DNA from: the human T2T-CHM13v2.0 reference genome, Homo sapiens | Assembly (NCBI RefSeq): GCF_009914755.1 | Contig: NC_060941.1 | DNA length: 64,000 bases | Direction: 5' to 3' (one strand) | Part shown: positions 63,494 to 64,000 of the stretch, piece by piece | How positions within the stretch are numbered: the stretch's first letter is position 1 | Layout: every line of letters begins with the position of its first letter | Notes under the pieces: generated by a model | What the model saw: only the letters and a program-made list of their open reading frames with translations | The model's database searches: none | Told to the model about the DNA's origin: nothing | Program-made: the position numbers and the translations under genes

Positions 63494-64000
63494 TAATAAC
63501 AACTCTGCATCATCAGATTACACAAGATGTGTGTAGTGGGTACAACCTGCATTTGGTGCCCAGAAGGTGGATTTTCACTCACCCAAAGAGAATTTCTGTT
63601 GCCCTTCTACTTGGTCAGGACAGGATTTGTAGAAAAGCTGAGATTGTGTGATTCACTTACATGAAGGAGGAAGTTTTTAGAATGGACAACTCTTGCTGCC
63701 ACAGCAATCCCTGAAATCTCAGTGGCTTAACACAACCAATATTTCCTTACTGCTCACACACAGTCTGATGCAAATCAGGCAACCCTCCTCCATCTTGCAA
63801 CTGAGCCATCTGGAACAGGTGGCCCCTAGAATCACAGTGACAGGAGGCAAATGGGCTTTTAATTGCCTCAACCCAAAAGGGCAACATCACTTCCTCTCCC
63901 TGTCCATTGGCCAGAACTAGTCATGTGGCTCCAAAGCAGAGGAGATTATGAAATGTAGGGGAGCACATGGGCTGTTTGGGGAATACTATCTGATGCTGAA

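Overview
Human (primate) genomic DNA from inside the PRKCA gene (protein kinase C alpha), gene on the + strand. Five coding exons (exons 9-13 by my recall of the gene structure, residues K307-E508) lie at 28.8-38.9 kb. They encode the hinge, Gly-rich loop, catalytic K368, the YRDLKLDN catalytic loop, DFG and the T497 activation loop. The rest is intron, filled with about 34 Alus, MER41/MER4-group and MaLR LTRs, DNA-transposon fossils, two minisatellites and an old 5-kb L1 that contains a PPIA processed pseudogene. The most unusual object is an 82-nt insert in the L1 5' region (51908-51989). It is a circularly permuted copy of mature tRNA-Gly(CCC): 3' part, then CCA, joined directly to G1 of the 5' part. 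It is flanked by a 14-bp target-site duplication, has no poly(A), is 8 nt longer than one tRNA, and has A-to-T at the m1A58 position. It looks like a genomic fossil of reverse transcription across a tRNA CCA-to-G1 junction (circular tRNA or end-to-end template jump). Other leads: four LTRs with GAS/STAT motifs around exon 9, an E-box-dense VNTR, a perfect ER8 palindrome and a direct-plus-inverted local duplication. Repeat names and reference sequences are from memory; repeat boundaries are approximate.
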